A stretch of 64,000 nt of DNA from NCBI GenBank assembly GCA_965218235.1, contig OZ244595.1, positions 96,108 through 160,107 of the forward strand, read 5' to 3'. Source of the DNA: Thermomicrobiales bacterium. GTDB taxonomy: Bacteria; Chloroflexota; Chloroflexia; Thermomicrobiales; UBA6265. The notes under the pieces were generated by a model. That model was not told the origin of the DNA. It did not search any database and saw only the letters and a program-made list of their open reading frames with translations. The position numbers and the translations under genes were made by a program. Shown here one piece after another: positions 1-8,369 of the stretch (position 1 is its first letter; every line of letters starts with the position of its first letter).

Positions 1-170
1 TGGTCCCGGAGCTCGGCCAGCATCAGGGCGTGGTGGTAGGACTGCTCGTTGGTGAGCAGCTGGGTCGCCAGGGAGCGACCGGAGCGGTTCATCAGCGTCG
101 CGACGAGCTGGAGCGCGCGGCGCTCCTCGTCGGTCGGGACGATGACCGGGATGGACTGGACAGGGTACAT
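1..170 (-). CDS. hypothetical protein, N-terminal 56 codons only (gene runs off the window start); preceded by an SOS-box promoter
   Basis: Absent from the ORF track because there is no stop codon in the window. ATG is the complement of 168-170, with GGAGG 4-5 nt upstream. Translation is MYPVQSIPVIVPTDEERRALQLVATLMNRSGRSLATQLL... Codon position 3 is almost uniformly G/C, as in the confident genes here. Confidence 0.5.
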   Translation of the reverse strand, partial: MYPVQSIPVIVPTDEERRALQLVATLMNRSGRSLATQLLTNEQSYHHALMLAELRD

Positions 171-205
171 GGCTACCTCCGCGGAGCAGAACGTCCTCGG
201 AGGAC

Positions 206-234
206 AGAATAGAACATGTGTTCCCATACTTCAA
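206..234 (-). promoter_or_regulatory. sigma70-type promoter with an embedded LexA (Cheo-type) SOS box
   Basis: On the minus strand: -35 TTGAAG (229-234), a 17-nt spacer, then -10 TATTCT (206-211). The spacer contains GAACACATGTTC (212-223), a perfect GAAC-N4-GTTC palindrome. The promoter sits about 40 nt upstream of the ATG at 170. Confidence 0.55.
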
Positions 235-264
235 CGCGAGGGCGACGGGCGTCCACGGGAATCG

Positions 265-1491
265 TCAGCTGGCCATGACCGGCACCGGGCGACCCACCGG
301 CAGCCAGACCACGATCATCAGGCCACCCTCGCGGCCCGGCGCGGCCGTTACCTGCCCACCGTGGACGACAGCGACAGAGCGGACGATCGCCAGTCCCAGG
401 CCGAAGCCAGCCGTCCGCTCCCGGACCGCCTCCGTGCCCCTGCGGAAGGGCGCGAACAGGTCGTTGATCTCCGCCTGGGCGATCGCCGGGCCGCTGTTCT
501 CGATCCGCAGCGTGGCCATGGGTGAGCTCTCGGCGGCCTCGGTCCCAACCGTGAGGGTGACCCAGCCGCCGCGCCGGTTGTAGCGGATCGCGTTCTGGAG
601 CAGGTTGGCGATCAGCCGCTCGAGCAGGGCGCGGTCGCCCCGGACCTCGGCTCGATCCAGCGACAGATCGAGACTGACCTCCTGGGCATCGGCCGCACCG
701 ACCAGCTCACCGGCGACGTCCCCGGCAAGATCGGCCAGGTCCAGTGCGACGCTGTCCCGCATCGAGCTCTCACTGCGGGATAGCGTCAGGAGGCCGTCGA
801 CCAGCCGCTCGCTCCGCATCGCGGCCAACCGGACCACGTCGGCGAGTTCGCGCTCGCGCGGCGTGGCGTCCGGTGCCGCCAGCGCGACGTCGGCCTCGGC
901 CTGGATGATGGCGAGCGGCGTCCGGAGCTCGTGGGAGGCGTGGGCCGCGAACTGGCGCTGGCTCTCGAAAGCCGCCTGGAGCCGGGCCAGCATCGCGTCC
1001 ATCGTGTCGGCCAGTTCCTTGAGCTCGTCCGGCGGACCACGCAGGGCGATCCGGTCGGAGAGCGTCGTCTCCGAGGCGAGCCGGGCATGCTGCGTGATCT
1101 GGCGCAGGGGCCGGAGCATCTGACCCGAGGCGACCCAGCCGAGCACGAGCGCGACCAGGCTCGTCACGAGGAGCGCGACCAGAGCAAGCCCAGGGATCTG
1201 ACGCAGCAGGCCGGCCCGCTCGTCCCGACGGACCTCGAAGATCCGGAGCTGGAAATCGTCCTCATTCGCGGGTAACGTTTCACCGCCATTGGGCCTACGC
1301 CCGCCACCGGTGACCTGACCGGAGGACGGACCACCGGAGTCCGGCCCGCGTGGCGGCCGGAACTCGCGGCGCAGCAGACCATAGAGCAGCAGCAGCATGA
1401 TCGCCGCGGCGATGAAGAACAGGCAGCCGTAGAGCAGCGTCAGCCGCAGGCGGACCGTCGGCCGGAACACCCCGCTCAGCCGGTCTCGCAC
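265..1491 (-). CDS. sensor histidine kinase (two TM segments, HAMP, HisKA, HATPase_c)
   Basis: H-box ASHELRTPLAIIQAE, N-box LLQNAIRYN and G-box GFGLGLAIVRSV are present. There are N-terminal hydrophobic segments. It overlaps the upstream response regulator gene by 16 nt. Confidence 0.92.
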   Translation of the reverse strand: MRDRLSGVFRPTVRLRLTLLYGCLFFIAAAIMLLLLYGLLRREFRPPRGPDSGGPSSGQVTGGGRRPNGGETLPANEDDFQLRIFEVRRDERAGLLRQIPGLALVALLVTSLVALVLGWVASGQMLRPLRQITQHARLASETTLSDRIALRGPPDELKELADTMDAMLARLQAAFESQRQFAAHASHELRTPLAIIQAEADVALAAPDATPRERELADVVRLAAMRSERLVDGLLTLSRSESSMRDSVALDLADLAGDVAGELVGAADAQEVSLDLSLDRAEVRGDRALLERLIANLLQNAIRYNRRGGWVTLTVGTEAAESSPMATLRIENSGPAIAQAEINDLFAPFRRGTEAVRERTAGFGLGLAIVRSVAVVHGGQVTAAPGREGGLMIVVWLPVGRPVPVMAS

Positions 1492-2141
1492 AGACGATAT
1501 CCCACCCCGACGACCGTCTCGATCATCGCCGGCTCACCGATCTTGCGCCGCAGGGTCATCATCGTGATCCGCACGGCGTTCGTGAACGGGTCGGCGGCCT
1601 CGTCCCAGACCCGGTCCAGCAGCTCCTCGGCGCTGACGACCCGTCCCGGCGATGCCGCAAGCACCTCCAGCACACCGAACTCCTTCCGGGTGAGGGACAC
1701 GTCGCGCCCGGCCCGGCTGACCGTGCGGCGGGACGGGTCGATCGCGAGATCGCCGACCGTCAGCCGGGGCGGCGTCATCGCGCTCGGTCGTCGCCCGAGG
1801 GCCCGGACCCGCGCGACGAGCTCGCTCATCACGAAGGGTTTGGGCAGGTAGTCGTCGGCGCCGATCGACAGACCATCGACGCGGGCGTCGACGTTGCCCG
1901 CCGCGGTCAGCATCAGGATCCGGGGCGGATCCCGGCGTGCGACAAGCTGACGACAGACATCGTCGCCGTGGATGCCCGGCAGCAGGCGATCCAGCACGAC
2001 GACATCGTAGGTCGAGACATCCACCTTCTCGATCGCCTCCTCGCCGTCCAGCGCGACATCGACCGCGAGACCGGACTGGCGCAGGCCACGGGCGATGACA
2101 TCCGCCAGCGCCTCCTCGTCCTCGACCACCAGGACCCGCAT
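1476..2141 (-). CDS. OmpR/PhoB-family response regulator (receiver + winged-helix)
   Basis: MRVLVVEDEEALADVI...VVVLDRLLPGIHG is a receiver domain. The C-terminal LTRKEFGVLEVLA...GVGYRL is a trans_reg_C domain. I prefer the ATG at 2141 (GGTGGA upstream) over the track start at 2183. Confidence 0.9.
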   Translation of the reverse strand: MRVLVVEDEEALADVIARGLRQSGLAVDVALDGEEAIEKVDVSTYDVVVLDRLLPGIHGDDVCRQLVARRDPPRILMLTAAGNVDARVDGLSIGADDYLPKPFVMSELVARVRALGRRPSAMTPPRLTVGDLAIDPSRRTVSRAGRDVSLTRKEFGVLEVLAASPGRVVSAEELLDRVWDEAADPFTNAVRITMMTLRRKIGEPAMIETVVGVGYRLCETG

Positions 2142-2195
2142 GCCTGTCCACCTCGGCGAAGAGTTTGCCACATCGCGAATCATTCTCCATTCAGC

Positions 2196-2420
2196 CTAAT
2201 AGAGCCGCCATATGGCGAGCATATGGCAAGCGTCCCCGGTGATGAACCAGAGGCCCGAATCGGGTCGAATGGTGATGATGGAGCCGTACCGGGCCATACG
2301 CTGACCATACGGCTCGATGCGTATGGTGGTCGCACCGGGCTGGAGCGAACCGTACGTCACGGTGAGCGGGACCGCCCGGAACGACTGACAGGGCAGGGCG
2401 CCAACCGGCTCCAGCCTCAT
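2196..2420 (-). CDS. small hypothetical protein (74 aa) upstream of the two-component operon
   Basis: This is the C-terminal part of track ORF 2196..2579. The ATG at 2420 is preceded by GAGGAA plus 7 nt. GC3 is high and the sequence is beta-rich (PLTVTYGSLQPGATTIRIEPYG...). No family was recognised. Confidence 0.35.
   Translation of the reverse strand: MRLEPVGALPCQSFRAVPLTVTYGSLQPGATTIRIEPYGQRMARYGSIITIRPDSGLWFITGDACHMLAIWRLY
2209..2227 (-). promoter_or_regulatory. direct repeat CATATGGC-N3-CATATGGC (11-bp register), candidate OmpR-family binding site
   Basis: The two 8-mers lie at 2209-2216 and 2220-2227. The first is part of the palindrome GCCATATGGC. They lie 25-70 nt upstream of the response regulator start. 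Confidence 0.3.
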
Positions 2421-2436
2421 CGAAAGGTTCCTCTTC

Positions 2437-2964
2437 ATGGACGACATTAGAAAGCCCATCGGGCGACGTACCGTGTTCGCCGGCGCGGCCGGTCTCGGCC
2501 TCGCCACACTGGTTGGCGGCACCATCGTTCGGGCCCAGGACACGCCGGACACCGGCGATGGCACTCCGGCGACCGACACCGACGGGACGACCGACGGGAC
2601 GTCGACGAATGAGGCGGAGGCAGGCGCCCGCTACGACGACTTCGTCAGTCGGCTGGCTGGCAATCTGGGCATCACCGATCCGAGCCAGGTCGACACCGGG
2701 ATCCGGACCACCCTGACCGATCTGGTCGACGCCCGACTCGCGGCCGGAGAGATCTCAGCGAACGACGCCGACGCGGCCCGAACGGCGATCGCCGACAGTC
2801 CCACCCCGCTCGGCGGACGCTTCAGAGTTGGCCATGGCGATGGTCCGGGCGGCTTCGGCCGCGGCCGGGGCGGCTTCGACCGTTCGGGGATGTCCGACCA
2901 GCCGGATGACGATACCGATGGCACCGACGAAACGTCCCCCGCGACTCCGGCGGCAACGGTTTAG
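2437..2964 (+). CDS. secreted hypothetical protein with a Tat-type signal peptide and D/T/G-rich low-complexity regions
   Basis: The N-terminus MDDIRKPIGRRTVFAGAAGLGLATLVGG has a twin-arginine plus hydrophobic region. Codon bias is coding-like. No family was recognised. Confidence 0.6.
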   Translation: MDDIRKPIGRRTVFAGAAGLGLATLVGGTIVRAQDTPDTGDGTPATDTDGTTDGTSTNEAEAGARYDDFVSRLAGNLGITDPSQVDTGIRTTLTDLVDARLAAGEISANDADAARTAIADSPTPLGGRFRVGHGDGPGGFGRGRGGFDRSGMSDQPDDDTDGTDETSPATPAATV

Positions 2965-3000
2965 GCTCACTCGCGCAACGCCAGGCGATCAGTTCCCCTG

Positions 3001-3051
3001 GGAGACAGGGCCACCCCGAAGCCTGATGGGCTTCGGGGTGGCCCTGTCTCC
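3001..3051. terminator. bidirectional terminator-like hairpin (23-bp perfect stem, 5-nt loop) between convergent genes
   Basis: GGAGACAGGGCCACCCCGAAGCC-tgatg-GGCTTCGGGGTGGCCCTGTCTCC. It lies between the stop at 2964 (+) and the stop at 3093 (-). Confidence 0.6.
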
Positions 3052-3092
3052 GATTTCCCGCCGGGCCAACCCGCGGCGAGCGACTTTCGAGC

Positions 3093-3992
3093 TCAGGCCA
3101 GTTGCCGCAGCCAGCCACGAAATTCGCCCGCTACCGTCAGGGCAGTCGTGAGCCGCCGGCCGGCCGGGCCAGACGCGGCTTCGATCGCGCCTTCGACCAC
3201 GGGCGGCGTTCCGGCCAGGAACTCGATGACCGTCCACAACTTCGCCAGGAACAGGTGCCGTGTCTCGATGCCTCCACCCTCACTTGACATCGAAACGTCA
3301 GCCGCTCGATAGGCGTCCCGAACACGATCGAACTCGTCCAGCGTTGGCAGACCAGGGAGGGTGATCGCGACGTCGAGCGCAGGGTGCCCGAGGCCAATGC
3401 GCTCCCAGTCCATCAGGACGAGTTCGCCGTCGCGCGCAAGGCCCCAGTTCAGCGGGTTCGGGTCGCCCGAGATCGGCCCCAGCGGGACGAACAGCGGCGC
3501 GGCCTCCTGACGCAGCGTCGCCAACCGTCGACCCAGGTCCGGATCGTTGCCGAGCCAGCGGAGCGCGGACTGACCCATCGGACCGGACCACGCTGGCTGA
3601 AACCGGGCCGGCAGGTCGTCAAGCGTCGCCGGTGGCAGGCGATGCAGACGGCGCAGCGTCGCCATCACCGCCGGGTCGGCCAACCAGCGTCCAAGGGGCA
3701 GCGGGGACGGAATGTCTTCCAGCAGCAACCAGGTCTCGTCGCCGGCCCTGACCACTCCATGGCAGTCGGGGATGCGGATCCCTCTGTCGGCGAAGACCGA
3801 GGCGAGGGTCAGGTAGACGCCCAGCTCGCTGGATGACGCGCCCACCTTGGCCACGAGCGTCCCGCCGGAACCAGCGACCCGAAAGACCCGGGCGCCACTC
3901 ATCCCGCCCAACGGATCGGTCGTCAGCGGACGGCCGACGATCTCGATGTCATGGATGCGACCGCGAACCGCTTCCGGCATCGTCCCGGTCAT
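3093..3992 (-). CDS. phosphotransferase enzyme family protein (APH/choline-kinase-like fold)
   Basis: The LVLMDWERIGLGHPALDVA region resembles the catalytic/activation segment of APH-type kinases. There is a 4-nt overlap with the upstream amidohydrolase gene. Confidence 0.7.
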   Translation of the reverse strand: MTGTMPEAVRGRIHDIEIVGRPLTTDPLGGMSGARVFRVAGSGGTLVAKVGASSSELGVYLTLASVFADRGIRIPDCHGVVRAGDETWLLLEDIPSPLPLGRWLADPAVMATLRRLHRLPPATLDDLPARFQPAWSGPMGQSALRWLGNDPDLGRRLATLRQEAAPLFVPLGPISGDPNPLNWGLARDGELVLMDWERIGLGHPALDVAITLPGLPTLDEFDRVRDAYRAADVSMSSEGGGIETRHLFLAKLWTVIEFLAGTPPVVEGAIEAASGPAGRRLTTALTVAGEFRGWLRQLA

Positions 3993-5215
3993 GCGTGGTC
4001 GGGCTCGATGTCGAGTAACGCCGGTGACACGCCATCGATGACAACGGGCTGGCCGTAGGCGATGACGGTCTGACGGACCGGCACCCCGGCGACCACCTCC
4101 GCGAGGGTCTCGGCCGCGACGAGGACGACACTGGCCGGGGCACCGACCGCGAGATCCAGTCGCGGACCGGCGTCGATGAGGTTACCCTCTCGGCCCAGGG
4201 CGACGTTGAGAGCGAGCTTGAGGTCCTCGTCGCGGACGAAGATGTTCTTCCGGGCGAGCGTGCTGGTCAGCCGCAGGATGTCACCGTCGCCGAACGGCGA
4301 CCAGAGGTCACGGATCCCGTCTGTTCCCAGACCGAACCGGATATGTCGCTCGCCAATCGCTCGCAGCGGGAGGGCTGGCTGATTGACCGGCGTGACCGTC
4401 GCGAGGGCGATGTCGGCCCCGGCGAGCTGGTCGAGCAACGGCTGCTGCCGGTCGGCCGGGAGCTGGGCAAGCGCGAATCCGTGGGAGATCGTCACCCGCC
4501 CCTGCATCCCGTGACGTAACGTCCGCTCGATGATGAGCTCGATCTGGAAGAGGCCGAGCTCGGCGGTGTCGTGGAGATGGATGTCCAGCGCGACGCCGTG
4601 CTCCGTCGCCATCCCGAAGAGCAGGTCCAGCTGCCCGGCCGGATCGCGGTCGATCGAGCCGGGGTCGAGCCCGCCGATCACGCGCACGCCGTCATCGACG
4701 GCCTGCCGGAGCAACCGGTCGACGCCCGGCCGCCGGAGGACGCCGTCCTGCGGGAAGGCGACCAGCTCGATCCGGATCGCTCCATTGAACGAGGCGACCG
4801 CTTCCCGGACGACCTCGATCCCGCGCAACCCGACGCCGGGGTCGACGTCGACGTGGGACCGGACATCGGTCGTGCCATGGCGGAGGAACTCGGCCAGTAC
4901 CCGCCGAGTCGATGTGACCGACGGGAGGCCGAGTCGATGGCGCTCCGCCCGCTCGTAGGCGATTCGGCCCTCCGTCCCGGCAGCTCCACCGCCCGAAACC
5001 CACGGCTGGCCCCACCAACTCTTGTCGACGTGGGCGTGGGCGTTGACGAAGCCGGGTAGCGCCAGCAGACCACGGCCGTCGATGATTCGGATGTCGCGGC
5101 CGGCGGCCCGGCCGGAAAGGCCCGGCCCCATGGCCGTGATCGTGTCCCCCCGGATCAGGATGTCGACGGGGTCGTCGCCCATTGGCCGGACGTTCGTCAG
5201 GAGAAAATCGGTCAT
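3989..5215 (-). CDS. amidohydrolase family protein (cytosine-deaminase-like)
   Basis: It has the metal-binding motif GFVNAHAHVDK near the N-terminus, an internal HLHD and a DGIRD-type C-terminal Asp. Length is 408 aa. Confidence 0.8.
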   Translation of the reverse strand: MTDFLLTNVRPMGDDPVDILIRGDTITAMGPGLSGRAAGRDIRIIDGRGLLALPGFVNAHAHVDKSWWGQPWVSGGGAAGTEGRIAYERAERHRLGLPSVTSTRRVLAEFLRHGTTDVRSHVDVDPGVGLRGIEVVREAVASFNGAIRIELVAFPQDGVLRRPGVDRLLRQAVDDGVRVIGGLDPGSIDRDPAGQLDLLFGMATEHGVALDIHLHDTAELGLFQIELIIERTLRHGMQGRVTISHGFALAQLPADRQQPLLDQLAGADIALATVTPVNQPALPLRAIGERHIRFGLGTDGIRDLWSPFGDGDILRLTSTLARKNIFVRDEDLKLALNVALGREGNLIDAGPRLDLAVGAPASVVLVAAETLAEVVAGVPVRQTVIAYGQPVVIDGVSPALLDIEPDHA

Positions 5216-5259
5216 GGCAAGCGCCTTCTTTCGCGAGTAACTGACACGACTCTCCAGGA

Positions 5260-5778
5260 TCAGGTCGTCGGTCGAAGTCGGGCCATGGTGTAGGCGTCCG
5301 CGTAGGCACCGGCGGTGAAGGAGAAGTCACGCAACGTGCCTTCGATCGCGAACCCGTGCCGCTCGTAGAGCCGGATCGCGTGGGCGTTCACGCACATCAC
5401 CTCCAGTTCGATCCGGTGGATGTTGAGCCACTGGTCGGCCAGATCGATCGCGGCGGAGAGCAGGGCCGCGCCGATTCCCTGGCCCTGAAACGTCTGATCG
5501 ACCGCCATCCCGAGGTCGGCGGCGTGGCGGCGCCGGGGTCGCGGGTTGACGTGCAGACTGATGCTGCCGACGACCTGGCCATCCAGCTCGGCGACGAGCC
5601 GATGGAGATCCGGCGAGAAGGCGTTCGCGTACTCCTGCCGAGATGCCAGCGGGGTGTACGGGATCTGGAGCGTCCCCGGCACGACGCCGGGCTGGGCCAG
5701 AATGCGGCCCACGGCGTCGGCGTCGCCCGGCTCCTGGCCACGAATCACGATCTCGCCCACGGTCGCCCCCTCCCCCAT
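5260..5778 (-). CDS. GNAT family N-acetyltransferase
   Basis: This is the C-terminal 172 aa of track ORF 5260..6936. The acetyl-CoA motif QGQGIGAALLSAAIDLA and RLYERHGF are present. The rest of the 558-aa ORF is antisense to hemH and was discarded. Confidence 0.85.
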   Translation of the reverse strand: MGEGATVGEIVIRGQEPGDADAVGRILAQPGVVPGTLQIPYTPLASRQEYANAFSPDLHRLVAELDGQVVGSISLHVNPRPRRRHAADLGMAVDQTFQGQGIGAALLSAAIDLADQWLNIHRIELEVMCVNAHAIRLYERHGFAIEGTLRDFSFTAGAYADAYTMARLRPTT

Positions 5779-5961
5779 CACTACGATCCTCGACGCATCC
5801 TGCCACAGGACAACCGGCGCCGGGAACGCACCACGTCGGGCAGAGCTTCCCCTGTTCCGAATCGGGTCGCCGATCCCACGTGGCACACTTCCTTCCAATG
5901 AAGGCTGGCAGGAACCGCCGGCATCCCAACACCCATCCACCAGCCCACCCGAGGACCACCC

Positions 5962-7050
5962 ATGTCGATCCAAGGTGCCCAGACGCCCGACGCCCCGCTC
6001 TACGACGAGGCGGCCCAGAGCTACGACGCGATCCTGTTCCTGTCCTTCGGCGGTCCGGAGGGACCGGACGAGGTCATGCCGTTCCTCGAGCACGTCACCG
6101 CCGGCCGCAACGTGCCACACGAGCGGCTCGAAGAGGTCGCCGGGCACTATCAGCACTTCGGCGGCGTCAGCCCGATCAACGCCCAGAACCGGGCGCTGAT
6201 CGACGCGCTTCGCGACGAGCTCGACCGGCACGGGATCGACCTGCCGATCTACTTCGGCAACCGCAACTCCGACCCGTTCGTCGTCGACACGCTGCGCCGG
6301 ATGCGGGCCGACGGCGTTCAGCGCGGGCTCGTCTTCGTGACGTCGGCGTTCAGCTCCTGGTCCGGCTGCCGCCAGTACCGCGAGGACGTAATCCGGGCCC
6401 TGGAGGCGATCGACGACGGCATCGCCTTCGACAAGATCCGGGTCTACTACAACCACCCCGGCTTCGTCGAACCGATGGCCGACAACGTCCGGGCGGCACT
6501 GGCCCGCTTCCCCGCCGAGCGCCGGGCCGGCGTCGAGGTCGTCTTCACCGCGCACAGCATCCCGCTGACGATGGCGCAGGGCTCGGCCTATGAGGTCCAG
6601 CTGGCCGAGGGCTGCCGCCTGGTCGCGGAGGCGGCCGGCACCCCGAGCTACCAGCTCGCCTACCAGAGCCGAAGCGGCTCGCCCCGGACACCGTGGCTGG
6701 AGCCGGACATCGTCGAGGCGATGGACGCGCTCCACGCCGCCGGCCGCGACGACGTCATCGTCGTCCCGATCGGCTTCATCTCCGACCACATGGAAGTGTT
6801 GTTCGACCTCGACGAGGAGGCGACCGAGCACGCCCTCGCGACCGAAATGCGGATGGTACGGGCCGGGACGATCGGGACGGACCCGCGCTTCGTCAGCATG
6901 ATCCGGGAACTCATCTCCGAGCGGATGACCGACCACCCGGACCGGGCGGCCCTAGGCAGCCGCGGCCCCAACCATGACATCTGCCCGCTGGATTGCTGCC
7001 AGCTCGGCGTCGCCCCGCCCCGGATCACGATGCGGGCGACCGCGGGGTAG
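5962..7050 (+). CDS. hemH: ferrochelatase (actinobacterial/Gram-positive coproporphyrin-type)
   Basis: ILFLSFGGPEGPDEVMPFLEHV, FTAHSIP and GFISDHMEVLFDLD are present. The C-terminus has a Cys cluster, CPLDCC. Confidence 0.9.
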   Translation: MSIQGAQTPDAPLYDEAAQSYDAILFLSFGGPEGPDEVMPFLEHVTAGRNVPHERLEEVAGHYQHFGGVSPINAQNRALIDALRDELDRHGIDLPIYFGNRNSDPFVVDTLRRMRADGVQRGLVFVTSAFSSWSGCRQYREDVIRALEAIDDGIAFDKIRVYYNHPGFVEPMADNVRAALARFPAERRAGVEVVFTAHSIPLTMAQGSAYEVQLAEGCRLVAEAAGTPSYQLAYQSRSGSPRTPWLEPDIVEAMDALHAAGRDDVIVVPIGFISDHMEVLFDLDEEATEHALATEMRMVRAGTIGTDPRFVSMIRELISERMTDHPDRAALGSRGPNHDICPLDCCQLGVAPPRITMRATAG

Positions 7051-7112
7051 CGACCCGGAGCTGGCACTGGTCCTCCGGATAGGTTGGAAATGGTCCGGGA
7101 TCGGATCGGGAC

Positions 7113-7139
7113 CGTGACGATCTCGAAGCGTCACGTTTT
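7113..7139 (+). terminator. intrinsic terminator candidate after hemH
   Basis: CGTGACG-atctcgaag-CGTCACG is followed by TTTT. A third copy, CGTGACG (7140-7146), could form an alternative hairpin. Confidence 0.45.
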
Positions 7140-7244
7140 CGTGACGTTCTGCCGCTAGGCTCGCATCTGCGTCGGCGCCGGCGTGGAATCTGCCTCCCGA
7201 CCGTCGCCGTCCCAACCGTGTCGAGAACCGAGAGAGGGCCAGCC

Positions 7245-8303
7245 ATGACCGCTACCGAGACGCACCGCGAGATCAAACCACCGGTGACGTGGCCGCAGGG
7301 GGTGTCCCTCCCCAACCAGACCGGCGACGCGCCGGTCCTGAAGGTCAGTGGGCTGACCCGCCGCTTCGGCAACATCACGGCCGTCAATGGCCTCTCCTTC
7401 GAGGTTCGGGCCGGAGAGGTCCTCGCCTTCCTCGGGCCGAACGGCTCGGGCAAGTCCACGACCGTCTCGATGATCCTCGGGCTGATCCACCCGACGGCCG
7501 GCAGCGTCGAGCTCTACGGGCACGACGTCCAGAAGGAGCCCGGCATCGTCGCGAAGAGCGCCGGGGCGATCATCGAGAACCCGGCCTTTTACCCATACCT
7601 CTCCGGCCGTGACAACCTGCGGGCCTTCGGAAAGGCACTCGGCAACGTCAGCGACGACCGGGTCGACGAGCTGCTCCAGCTGGTCCGGATGAACGAGCGG
7701 GCCGGCGACAAGTACAAGACCTACTCGCTCGGGATGAAGCAGCGGCTCGGCATCGCGCTGACACTGCTACAGAACCCTGGCCTGATCATCCTCGACGAGC
7801 CGACCAACGGCCTCGACCCAGCCGGCCAGCGCGAGATCCGCGACTTCATCCCGGAGCTCGCCCGGCGCGGCCACGCGGTCCTGCTCGCCAGTCATCTCCT
7901 CAACGAGGTCGAGCACGTCTCCGACCGGGTGATCATCATTCGCCGGGGCGAGATGGTCCAGCAGGGCCGGGTCCGCGATCTGGTCCAGAAGGGCGGCGTG
8001 ATCGAGGTCCGGGTCGAGCCGCAGGAGGTGACTCCCGCCGTCGAGACGATCCGCCGGATCGGCGGAGTGACCAACATCCAGCCTGGCGAGCAGAACGGCG
8101 ACATCGTCGTCAGCGCCGAGCCGCAGGTCGGCCGCGACATCAACCGCGCCCTGGCCGGGGTCGGAATCTGGGCGGCGGCCGTCGCGCCACGGGCGAACAC
8201 GCTGGAGAACATCTTCCTGGAGCTTACCGAGGGTAGCTCACCGGGAGAGCAGGAGACTGGTCAGCGGAATCGCGGCCGGTTCGGCCGCGGCGCAAAGGCG
8301 TGA
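7245..8303 (+). CDS. ABC transporter ATP-binding protein (ABC-2/DrrA-like exporter type)
   Basis: Walker A GPNGSGKST, signature YSLGMKQRL and Walker B LIILDEPTNGLD are present. The ATG at 7245 has GAGGG 6 nt upstream; the track start at 7218 is an alternative. Confidence 0.9.
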   Translation: MTATETHREIKPPVTWPQGVSLPNQTGDAPVLKVSGLTRRFGNITAVNGLSFEVRAGEVLAFLGPNGSGKSTTVSMILGLIHPTAGSVELYGHDVQKEPGIVAKSAGAIIENPAFYPYLSGRDNLRAFGKALGNVSDDRVDELLQLVRMNERAGDKYKTYSLGMKQRLGIALTLLQNPGLIILDEPTNGLDPAGQREIRDFIPELARRGHAVLLASHLLNEVEHVSDRVIIIRRGEMVQQGRVRDLVQKGGVIEVRVEPQEVTPAVETIRRIGGVTNIQPGEQNGDIVVSAEPQVGRDINRALAGVGIWAAAVAPRANTLENIFLELTEGSSPGEQETGQRNRGRFGRGAKA

Positions 8304-8369
8304 TCGCACAGCTCCGGACGTTTCCCTGACCGCACGAAGACCAGCCGTCCAAACCGATAGGAGCGCTTC

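Noticed and set aside
5779-6936. N-terminal 386 codons of the 558-aa ORF 5260..6936 (-)
   Set aside because: Only the last 172 codons look like a GNAT. The rest is antisense to the well-supported ferrochelatase gene and has R/G/D/V-rich composition typical of high-GC antisense frames.
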